Source of the DNA: Thermoplasmata archaeon
GTDB lineage: Archaea; Thermoplasmatota; SW-10-69-26; JACQPN01; JAJPHT01
Assembly: GCA_034667685.1 (NCBI GenBank)
Contig: JAXDQU010000085.1
Location: 1-52,670 of the forward strand
Direction of reading: 5' to 3'
DNA length: 52,670 bases
The notes under the pieces: model-generated
Databases searched by the model: none
What the model was told of the DNA's origin: nothing
The model's input: only the letters and a program-made list of their open reading frames with translations
Part shown: positions 19,059-26,826 of the stretch, piece after piece
Layout: each line of letters opens with the position of its first letter
Numbering within the stretch: position 1 is the first letter of the stretch
Made by a program: the position numbers and the translations under genes

Positions 19059-19086
19059 GCGGGGGGCAACGCGGGCGTTGCCTACC

Positions 19087-20307
19087 TCAGCTCGTGCGCG
19101 CGTAGTCGACCTCGGTGTACGGCGTCGGGCTCTGGCCCACGGGCAGGAGCTTCGTGCCGGTCTGCTTGACCCACGTCGCGTGGAGGTCGCCGGCCGGGCC
19201 GAACGCGAGGCCGATGAAGTCGCCGGCGAAACGGTTGTCGCCCAGGCACGTCACCGCGCGGCACATGGCGCCCGTGTGCACCGGGTCCGCGGTGAGCGTG
19301 TCGGTGCGCCACGTCGCGCCGTCCGTCGTGTGCGCGACCACGAAGCGCCACTGCGCGCCCGCGTCGTCCGCCGAGGTGGCGTTGGTCTCGTACCAGCCCA
19401 TGGCGACCTGGCTCGCGTTGCCCGCGGCGACGAAGGGCATGATGATCGTCTTGCCGTGGAACTCGAAGCGGTGGATCGTCCAGCGCTTCCCCTGGTCGGA
19501 CGAGGAGGCGACGGCGGGGATGCACGTGTCATTCACCGCGCTGTCGCACGTGGCCGCCCACCAGACGCCCGCGGCGTCGACGGCCATGCTCGCGGTGCCT
19601 GGCGCGCGCAGGTCGACGGGCGCGAAGCCCTTGTAGACGCCCTCGGGCGTGATCGTGCGCACGCCCCAGCCCGCGCCGCTGGGGTTGTCCGCGGCCTCGA
19701 CGATAACATGCTGCACGGGGTCCCACTGGAGGTCCTCGCCCTGGACCTCCTCGGTCCAGTCCATGCTCGTGATGCTCCACGACTGGCCCGCGTCGTGCGT
19801 CGCGGCGAACGTCGGGCGGTCGAGCTGCTCGCCGGTGACGAGGTACGCGTCCTTCGCGGTCGGGGCGACGAGCCACATGCGGTCGGTCGCGCCGGGCACG
19901 ACGATCGGGCTGCAATGCCACGAGGCGCCCTTGTCGGCGCTGTCGCACACGGCCGTCTCGCCCGCGTAGGGCCAGTCGAACGCGACGTACGCGCGCCCGT
20001 CGGGCGCCACCGCGAGCGCGCTGTCGGAAGCGTAGATCGGAAGCCCGCCGAACGCCGGGACCTCCTTGAACGTCGTGCCGTTGTCCGTGGACACGTAGAC
20101 GTGCTGGAGCGCCGCGATGTAGACGGTGCCGTCGGGCGCCACGCGGATCACGGGCTCGTTGCCGCTCTGGCCCGCCTTCACGACCTTGCCGAACTGCGGC
20201 GCGACCTTCCCGAGGTCGGGCAGCGAGGCGGTGGAGACGTCCTTGGCGGCGGGCGCGAGGCACCCCACGAGGAGGACGAGCAGGAGGGCAGCGGCGAGCG
20301 CTCTCAT
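19087..20307 (-). CDS. Lipoprotein, BNR/Asp-box (sialidase-like) beta-propeller
   Basis: Lipobox LVGC; STDNGTTF, SADKGASW, THDAGQSW, SSDQGKRW, TTDGATW. Confidence 0.88.
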   Translation of the reverse strand: MRALAAALLLVLLVGCLAPAAKDVSTASLPDLGKVAPQFGKVVKAGQSGNEPVIRVAPDGTVYIAALQHVYVSTDNGTTFKEVPAFGGLPIYASDSALAVAPDGRAYVAFDWPYAGETAVCDSADKGASWHCSPIVVPGATDRMWLVAPTAKDAYLVTGEQLDRPTFAATHDAGQSWSITSMDWTEEVQGEDLQWDPVQHVIVEAADNPSGAGWGVRTITPEGVYKGFAPVDLRAPGTASMAVDAAGVWWAATCDSAVNDTCIPAVASSSDQGKRWTIHRFEFHGKTIIMPFVAAGNASQVAMGWYETNATSADDAGAQWRFVVAHTTDGATWRTDTLTADPVHTGAMCRAVTCLGDNRFAGDFIGLAFGPAGDLHATWVKQTGTKLLPVGQSPTPYTEVDYARTS

Positions 20308-20355
20308 CCCCCGCGCAGCCCGGGGAAGGCAAGATAAGTCTTGTTGCGCTCCCCT

Positions 20356-20450
20356 GGCTCCGCATGCGGAGCGCGCGGCGAGCGCGGAGGCCGCGGCGGT
20401 GAGCAGAGCCTCGCAATCACCGCGTCCTCCGCGTCTCCGCATGCGGAGCC
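20356..20450. repeat. Tandem-inverted element with CTCCGCATGCGGAG termini (copy 2)
   Basis: GGCTCCGCATGCGGAG ... CTCCGCATGCGGAGCC with CGCGG units between; homologous to 7960-8053. Confidence 0.8.
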
Positions 20451-20495
20451 CGGGAGGCCCCAAAGGATTTCCCACGGCGAGCGGCTGCGCGCGCG

Positions 20496-21245
20496 ATGTT
20501 CCACGTCGAGCCCCGCGGCGAGCGCGTCGCGATCCTGCGCATGGACGACGGCAAGGTCAACGCGATGGGGCCGGCGTTCGTCGAGCGCTTCCCCGCCGCG
20601 TGGGCGGAGGCCGCGCAGGGAGGGCGCGCGATCGTGCTCGCGGGCAACGCGAAGGCGTTCTGCGCGGGGCTCGACCTCAAGGTGCTGCCCACGCTCGAAG
20701 GCGCGCAGATCGGCCGGTTCGCGCGCGCGTTCATGGGCGTCTTCCACCAGATCCTGGAGCACCCGCGCCCGGTCGTGTGCGCGTGGGACGGCCCCGCGAT
20801 GGCGGGCGGCGCGGTGCTGGGCCTCTGCAGCGACCTGCGCGTCGCCACGCCGCGCGCCCGCGTCGGGCTCACCGAGATGCCCGTGGGCATCCCGTTCCCC
20901 GAGCCGGTGATCGACCTCGCGATGGCGACGCTTCCCGCGCACGAGCACGGCCCCGCGATCCTGCAAGGCATCGTGCGCGAGGGCGCCGCGCTGGCGGCCC
21001 GCGGCTGGGCGCACGAGGTCGTGCCCGGCGACCAGCTCCTCCACGAGGCGGCGCGGCTCGCCGACGAGCTGGCCTCCTTCAACCCGGCCGCGTACCGCGA
21101 GGGCAAGCTGCACCTGCGCGCGGCGCCGCTGGCCAGCTTCGAGCGCTTCGCGAAGGACGGCCCCGAGCGCTGGGCGGCGCGCATGGGCGAGCCCGCGACG
21201 CGCGAGGCGATCGTTTCGTACTTCGCGCGCGTAACAAGGAAATAA
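20496..21245 (+). CDS. Enoyl-CoA hydratase/isomerase family protein
   Basis: KVNAM, AFCAGLDL, PRPVVCA.DGPAMAGG, DLRVA, GLTE..VG. Confidence 0.92.
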   Translation: MFHVEPRGERVAILRMDDGKVNAMGPAFVERFPAAWAEAAQGGRAIVLAGNAKAFCAGLDLKVLPTLEGAQIGRFARAFMGVFHQILEHPRPVVCAWDGPAMAGGAVLGLCSDLRVATPRARVGLTEMPVGIPFPEPVIDLAMATLPAHEHGPAILQGIVREGAALAARGWAHEVVPGDQLLHEAARLADELASFNPAAYREGKLHLRAAPLASFERFAKDGPERWAARMGEPATREAIVSYFARVTRK

Positions 21246-21328
21246 CTAGACGAACTTCGTGAAACCTCGCGCCGCCACGGGAACTGTTATCGCCAGGCTC
21301 GATGGTGCCTGCCTTGCGAGGAGTCCTC

Positions 21329-22369
21329 ATGACGCATTCCCCACGCTTGTCGTTCCATCTCTTTGTGGCCCTGACGCTGGCGCTCGTCCCGCTTTCGGTC
21401 GTCCCCACCGCCGCCGCCTCGTCGCCTTCGTCCTGCAGCTTCAGCGGCGACTACGGTTCCTGCGCGTTCTCGTGCACGCCCGGCTCGGTCATCGTCGTGA
21501 CCGCCTTCGACCCCCAGGCTGGGCACTTCCCGCGCACGCACGCCACGTGCGGCGGTGTCAGCTTCTACTGCCAGGCGTCCGAGGCGTGCGCGGGCGAGGG
21601 TGGCCCCACGCCCGGCGGCGGCGAGGGCCTCTGTTACTCGGAGACGATCTCCAACAGGGGCTCATGCGCCACGCTGCCGCCGGATGCGGGCGCGCCTCCG
21701 CACCTCCCGGGCACCGACGTCGACCAGACCGTCCCCGCGCAGGGCGTCTCGCGCAGCGTCGGCCCCCTCAGCACGCCCACGGTGCCCTCCGAGTCGGTCC
21801 CCGTCCCCGCCGTCGATGCGCCCGCCACCTGCACCGTGTCGGTCTGCACCGCCGCGACGTCGATCCCCTCCGAGAACCTCGGCAGCACGCCCGACGTCCC
21901 CGCGCAGTCGACGCCCAACGTCTCGCAGTGCGACCCGACGCACACCCTGTGCGCGATCCAGGGACCGATCCCGCTCACGCCGGAGGTGCCCCCGCAGGGC
22001 CCCATCACGACGCCCGGCGAGACCGTGCCCGCGCTCTGCGCCACGCCCGCGGCGGCCGCGTGCCTCCCCGCGCAGGAGATCCTCCCCGCGCGGACCGTGA
22101 CGACCCCCGGTCTCGGGCCGATCGTCCTTGTCCCCGCGACGAGCGTGGACGTCTCGACGAGCGACGTGGACGTGGCGTTCCACTCCAACCTCGACCAGAC
22201 GCAGACGCTCCCGCCCACCGACGTCGGCCCGGTCCACCTGTGCGACGCGCCCCCCTCGGGCGTCTGCCAGGCCGTGCCCACCCTCCCTGAAGCGGGCGCG
22301 GATGGCAGCCTCACCGTGGGCGCGGCCGTCGGCAGCACCACCGTCGGGCACACGTTCGTGCTCCCGTAG
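21329..22369 (+). CDS. Secreted Cys- and Pro/Thr-rich hypothetical protein
   Basis: Signal peptide ending PTAAA; many paired Cys; TP.VP repeats. Confidence 0.75.
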   Translation: MTHSPRLSFHLFVALTLALVPLSVVPTAAASSPSSCSFSGDYGSCAFSCTPGSVIVVTAFDPQAGHFPRTHATCGGVSFYCQASEACAGEGGPTPGGGEGLCYSETISNRGSCATLPPDAGAPPHLPGTDVDQTVPAQGVSRSVGPLSTPTVPSESVPVPAVDAPATCTVSVCTAATSIPSENLGSTPDVPAQSTPNVSQCDPTHTLCAIQGPIPLTPEVPPQGPITTPGETVPALCATPAAAACLPAQEILPARTVTTPGLGPIVLVPATSVDVSTSDVDVAFHSNLDQTQTLPPTDVGPVHLCDAPPSGVCQAVPTLPEAGADGSLTVGAAVGSTTVGHTFVLP

Positions 22370-22413
22370 GTGGCGCCGCGAAGCTCAAGCCACGCGCGTG
22401 GGTTCCTGCGCGC

Positions 22414-22875
22414 GTGGCCACCCTTTCCGCATTCCTCAACGTGACCAACATCAAGCAGAGCCTCGGCTTCTACCAGGCGCTCGGCTTCACGCCCACGTAC
22501 GTGCGCCAGCGCGACGGCGTGGACGCCTACGCCGGGGTCGAGCACGACGGCGCCGAGATCGAGCTGGGCTGGATCGGCAGCAACGACGACCGCGAGTACC
22601 AGAGCTGGGTCTCGACGCCCCTGGGCGCGGGCGTCGTGCTCTACCTCTCCGTGCGCGACGTCGACGCGGTGGCGAAGAAGGCGAAGGACATCGGCGCGAC
22701 GATCGAGTACGGCCCCGAGGACCGCAGCTACGGGCGCGTGCTGGGCCTGAACGACCCCGACGGCTACGTGCTCACGTTCATCGCGGAGCCGAAGCCCAGG
22801 AAGAAGGCCGCCGCGAAGAAGAGCGCCAGAAAGAAGGCGGCGAAGAAGGCCACGAAGAAGGCGCGCCGGCGCTGA
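22414..22875 (+). CDS. VOC/glyoxalase family protein with Lys/Ala-rich tail
   Basis: SLGFYQALGF, LYLSVRDVDAV, GPEDRSYGR, DPDGY; tail KKAAAKKSARKKAAKKATKKARRR. Confidence 0.9.
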   Translation: MATLSAFLNVTNIKQSLGFYQALGFTPTYVRQRDGVDAYAGVEHDGAEIELGWIGSNDDREYQSWVSTPLGAGVVLYLSVRDVDAVAKKAKDIGATIEYGPEDRSYGRVLGLNDPDGYVLTFIAEPKPRKKAAAKKSARKKAAKKATKKARRR

Positions 22876-22924
22876 GGGAGCCTTCCACGCAGCCCAGAAA
22901 CAGGATGCTTGGGGTGGCGCGCGC

Positions 22925-23950
22925 ATGCTGGAAAGGGAGACTTGGCCGGCGCTCTCGCTGGCGGCGGGCATCGTCGCGGGCGTGACGCTCCTGGGCGCGC
23001 TCACCGACGCCGCGGTGGGCAACGGCTCGCTGCTCGTCGTGATGCTGCCCGTCTCGATCCTGGCCTCCGGCGTCGCGCTGGCGCTGGGCGCGGGCGTCAT
23101 GCGCGACCCGCAGGCGCGCGCGGGCGTGCTCATGGGCCTGGCGGTGGGCGCGGGCGGCCTCGTCATGGCCGTCGTGTACGTCGCGCTCGTGCTCGTGCTG
23201 CCCATCCTCGTGCTGCTGCTCTTCCTCCTCTTCTTCCCCTGGGCGTGCAGCAGCGGCACCTGCACGTGGACCTGCTCGTCGCCCCAGCACCCGCAGCCGT
23301 GCCTGCCCTGCTTGCCGTGCATCGGGGGCGGCTCGTCGTCGAGCACGTCGTCGGGCGGCGGATGCTGCGGCGGCGGAGGCGGCTCCGGAAGCGCGCCCGC
23401 GACGCCCAGCGTCACCACGCCGCACGTCGGGAGCGGCGGCGGATGCTGCGGCGCGGCGGCGGGCGACCGGTGGGCGCACCACCCGGACCTGCCGGCGTAC
23501 GAGGCGCACGTCTGGCGCGTGGCCGGCGCGCGGCTCTGCGTGGGCTGCTCGACGACGCTGCCCGTCTTCCTGCTCGCCGCCGCGGCGCTGCTCCTCGCGC
23601 GTCCCGGCCCGTGGTGGGCGCTCGCGTGCGCGGGCGTCGCGCTTGGGTCCTCGCAGGCGCTCTCCGCGGCCGGCCTCGCGCGCCGGCGCTGGCAGAAGGC
23701 GCTCGTGAAGGGCGCCCTGGGCGCGGGCCTCGCGATGCTCGTCGTGGGCGTGCGCCTGGCGCCCTGGCCCGCGCTCGCGAAGTGGGGCGCGCTCTGCGCG
23801 GCGCTGGGCCTGGCGCTCGCGAGCGCGCTTCCCCGCGCGGCGCGCATGCGCAAGGCATCGAGGGAAGGGCCAGAATCGCTGAGGCCCGGCGCGCGGAGCG
23901 TCGCGTGTGCCGCGGACGACGGAAGGCACGCGGGCCCCGCACCGCCGTAG
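22925..23950 (+). CDS. Membrane protein with Cys/Gly-rich linker and DUF2085-like C-terminus
   Basis: Four N-terminal hydrophobic segments, Cys-rich linker, HHPD...RLCVGC, further TM segments. Confidence 0.7.
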   Translation: MLERETWPALSLAAGIVAGVTLLGALTDAAVGNGSLLVVMLPVSILASGVALALGAGVMRDPQARAGVLMGLAVGAGGLVMAVVYVALVLVLPILVLLLFLLFFPWACSSGTCTWTCSSPQHPQPCLPCLPCIGGGSSSSTSSGGGCCGGGGGSGSAPATPSVTTPHVGSGGGCCGAAAGDRWAHHPDLPAYEAHVWRVAGARLCVGCSTTLPVFLLAAAALLLARPGPWWALACAGVALGSSQALSAAGLARRRWQKALVKGALGAGLAMLVVGVRLAPWPALAKWGALCAALGLALASALPRAARMRKASREGPESLRPGARSVACAADDGRHAGPAPP

Positions 23951-24392
23951 CCCGTTCGACGAGGACCACGGGCGCGTCCGCCGCTTGGGCAACGACGCGC
24001 TCCGCTTCGCGCGCTGGTTCTTCCGCAGCAAGTACGCGCTGATGGCCGGCTTCCTGGGCGAGCTGGAGCAAACGCCCGAGGCGCGCGACGAGCGCGACCT
24101 GCGCCAGCGTTACTGCCGCGCGCTCCGGCACGCCATGCGCGTGCAGCGGGCGCGCGCCGTCGTGACGGTCCTCCTGGCGATGGGCGTGCTGACGGCCTCG
24201 TCGGCGGCCGTGCTCGACGCGCTGGCCGGCCCCGAGGGGCGCGCCCTCGTCCAGGACGTCGCGGCGTGGAGCGCGTCGATCAGCGTGCTGCTCGTGGGCC
24301 TGCGCCTCGCGTTCGACCGCTACCTGGGCCTCGTGGACGTCAGCGCGACGTTCCTCGCCATGCAGCTTGCGACCGCTCGTCCTCGAGCCTGA
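23907..24392 (+). CDS. Hypothetical two-TM membrane protein
   Basis: GC3-rich ORF with two hydrophobic helices; start uncertain. Confidence 0.6.
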   Translation: MPRTTEGTRAPHRRSPFDEDHGRVRRLGNDALRFARWFFRSKYALMAGFLGELEQTPEARDERDLRQRYCRALRHAMRVQRARAVVTVLLAMGVLTASSAAVLDALAGPEGRALVQDVAAWSASISVLLVGLRLAFDRYLGLVDVSATFLAMQLATARPRA

Positions 24393-26769
24393 GCGGGACC
24401 TCGGCGCCGAGGCGCTGCACGTGCGCGACGATCTCGATCGGATCGCGGCGCACCATCGAGAGCGTCGTGCGGGCCCGGACGACCTGGCCGTCCGCCGCGC
24501 GATATCGTTTCTCGATCTCCGCGCGCTCCTCGCCGGCCATGAGGCGCGCGACGGCCTCGCGGCTCGCGGGCAGGTCGTCCTCGTGGGTGACGTCCTCGAA
24601 GGTGAGCGCGCGCATCTCCTCCTCCGAGCGCCCCACCATGCGGCAGAAGGCGCGGTTCGCCGAGAGGAAGCGCAGCTCGGGCCCCACGATCACCACGCCC
24701 ACCGGCGCGTCGGCGAAGGCCCGCTCGAGGCGCGCCTGCGTCTCGCGCAGCGTCTCCTCGGCGCGCTTGCGCTGCGTGACGTCGCGGTAGTAGACGGAGA
24801 GGCCCTCCTCCGAGGGGTAGGCCTTGGCCTCGAACCACATGCCCATGCGCGGGTAGAACTCCTCGACGGAGACGACGACGTTGTCGCGCATCGCGCGGTG
24901 GTACTCGCGGTCGAAGCTCGTGCCCTTGAGGTCGGGGAACGCCTCCCAGAGCGAGAGGCCCACGGCGTCGCGCCCCGACTGGCGCATGCGCTGCGCGACC
25001 GGGTTCATGTAGATCAGGCGCCACTCGCGGTCGAGCGCGAAGAACGCCTCGCCCATCGACTCGTAGATGCGCAGGATGCGCTCGCGGGAGCGCCGGTCGG
25101 CCTCCTCCGCCGCGCGCCGCGCGGTGACGTCGCGCAGCACCGCGACGAGGTGCGGCCGCTCGCCGGCGCCTTGCAGCGGGCGCGCCATGATCTCGACGTC
25201 GAGCGGCGCGCCGTCCTTGCGCCTCGCGCGCGCGTGCGCCAGGCGGTCGGGCCCGTGCTCGCGCCGGCGCGCCTCGATCCAGCCCAGCGCGCGCTCGCGG
25301 TCCTCGTCGGCCAGGAGCGCCTGCAGGTCCATCGCGAGCGCCTCGCGCACGTCGTAGCCGAAGATCTCGCGCGCGGCCGGATTCCACAGGACGATGCGTC
25401 CGTCCGGGTCCGCGACCACGACCGCGTCGCCCAGGAGGTTGAACAGCGCGCCGATGCCCAGGTCGCCCGGCTGCAGGCGCGGGAAGAGATCGAGCTCGCT
25501 GCGGCGCAGGGGGAGAGGGGTGCCCAAGGCCCACGCGGCGTCGAAGGAGGCGCGCAGCGAGCGCAGCGCGGAGGGGTCGGTGGTGTGGACGACGATCTCG
25601 CTCTCGCCAGGGCGCGCGGCCAGCGCGAAGAAGCCCTCGCGCTCGTCGAGGAGCCAGTAGCGCGCCGCGAGCTGCGGCGTGAAGTGGCGCACCTCGATGC
25701 CCTCGGTGGCGCGCGCGAGGTCGTCGTAGGCGTCGACCGACGCGACGCGGTCGAAGTTGAGCAGCGCCGTGGCCTTGCCGCCGCGCTCGCGCAGGATGGC
25801 GGAGACGTCGTGGGCGTCCGCGCTGGGGAGCGAGACGGGGTTGCTATCCAGGAAGCGCAGCTCGCGGCCGCCGCGGGCCAGCGCCTCGCGGAACGCGCTC
25901 CACGCCTCCTGCGAGCTGGCGTACGTCTTCGTGAACGAGGGGAGCCGTCCCGCTTCGATCTCCTCGCGGCGCGCCTCGTAGGTGGGCGCGCGCTCCCAGA
26001 GGGGATCGAGGATCGCGCGGATGGCGGCGACCATCGCCTCCTGGTCGGTGAGGACGCCCGCGTCCTTCCCGCTCGCGAGGCTGGCGTCGTCCGGGACGAA
26101 GTGCGCGATGAAGGCGCGCGCGCCGTCGGCGACGAGGATGGCGACGTTGGCGCTCTGGTCCTCGTGCAGCTCGCGGCCCCGCACGCGCGCGACCTCGGCG
26201 AAGCGCGCCAGCGCGGGAAGCATCGCGGCCTCGATGGGGGCGAGCACGCGCGTCTCCACGCCGCGGGCCTTGGCGGCCGCGAGGGCGGGAAGGAGCGCCT
26301 CGGCGCGCGCGAGCGTGCCCGCGGTGGCAAGAAGGAGCAGGCTCTTCTGCGCGGAGTCGACGACGTCGATCTTCTTCGCCAGGACGTTGCGCCGGCCGCG
26401 CAGCACGGTGAAGGAGCCGCGCTCGCCCGCGTCGGCGTCTCCCACCACGCGGAAGAGGGCGGCCAGCTCCTCCCGCTCGCGCGCGATCGCATCCGCGGCC
26501 CGCGTGTGCTCCTCGTGGAGCCGCTGCAGGTGCTCCTCGAAGGGCACCGGCGCGAACTTCTTGGGGAACTCGGGCAGCACGACGACGAGCCCCTTCTCGT
26601 GGAGCTGCTCGAGGACGGCGTAGATCTTCGCCTGCGGGACCTTGGAGAGGCTGGAGACGTCGCGCGCCTCCGCGACGCCCAGGTCGAGGAGCGCGAGGTA
26701 CGCGCGCGCCGCGTACTCGGAAAGGCCGAACTCGCGCAGGCGCGCCGTGCGGTCGGGCGTGATCGGCGT
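24340..26769 (-). CDS. TrmB-family regulator with three C-terminal PAS domains; no canonical start codon
   Basis: Frame is open upstream of the tracked GTG (26580) through LREFGLSEYAARAYLALL...SKVPQAKIYAVLEQLHEKGLV (TrmB wHTH); PAS motifs WNPAAREIFGY, YMNPVA, ANRAFCRMVG; in-frame TGA at 26790-26788; ACG at 26769 proposed as start. Confidence 0.85.
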   Translation of the reverse strand, partial: TPITPDRTARLREFGLSEYAARAYLALLDLGVAEARDVSSLSKVPQAKIYAVLEQLHEKGLVVVLPEFPKKFAPVPFEEHLQRLHEEHTRAADAIAREREELAALFRVVGDADAGERGSFTVLRGRRNVLAKKIDVVDSAQKSLLLLATAGTLARAEALLPALAAAKARGVETRVLAPIEAAMLPALARFAEVARVRGRELHEDQSANVAILVADGARAFIAHFVPDDASLASGKDAGVLTDQEAMVAAIRAILDPLWERAPTYEARREEIEAGRLPSFTKTYASSQEAWSAFREALARGGRELRFLDSNPVSLPSADAHDVSAILRERGGKATALLNFDRVASVDAYDDLARATEGIEVRHFTPQLAARYWLLDEREGFFALAARPGESEIVVHTTDPSALRSLRASFDAAWALGTPLPLRRSELDLFPRLQPGDLGIGALFNLLGDAVVVADPDGRIVLWNPAAREIFGYDVREALAMDLQALLADEDRERALGWIEARRREHGPDRLAHARARRKDGAPLDVEIMARPLQGAGERPHLVAVLRDVTARRAAEEADRRSRERILRIYESMGEAFFALDREWRLIYMNPVAQRMRQSGRDAVGLSLWEAFPDLKGTSFDREYHRAMRDNVVVSVEEFYPRMGMWFEAKAYPSEEGLSVYYRDVTQRKRAEETLRETQARLERAFADAPVGVVIVGPELRFLSANRAFCRMVGRSEEEMRALTFEDVTHEDDLPASREAVARLMAGEERAEIEKRYRAADGQVVRARTTLSMVRRDPIEIVAHVQRLGAEVPLRLEDERSQAAWRGTSR

Positions 26770-26826
26770 GTGAAGCCCCCGGAAGGATCAACGCGCGAGG
26801 GGCAGATAGCCTTGGTGGCGCACGCC

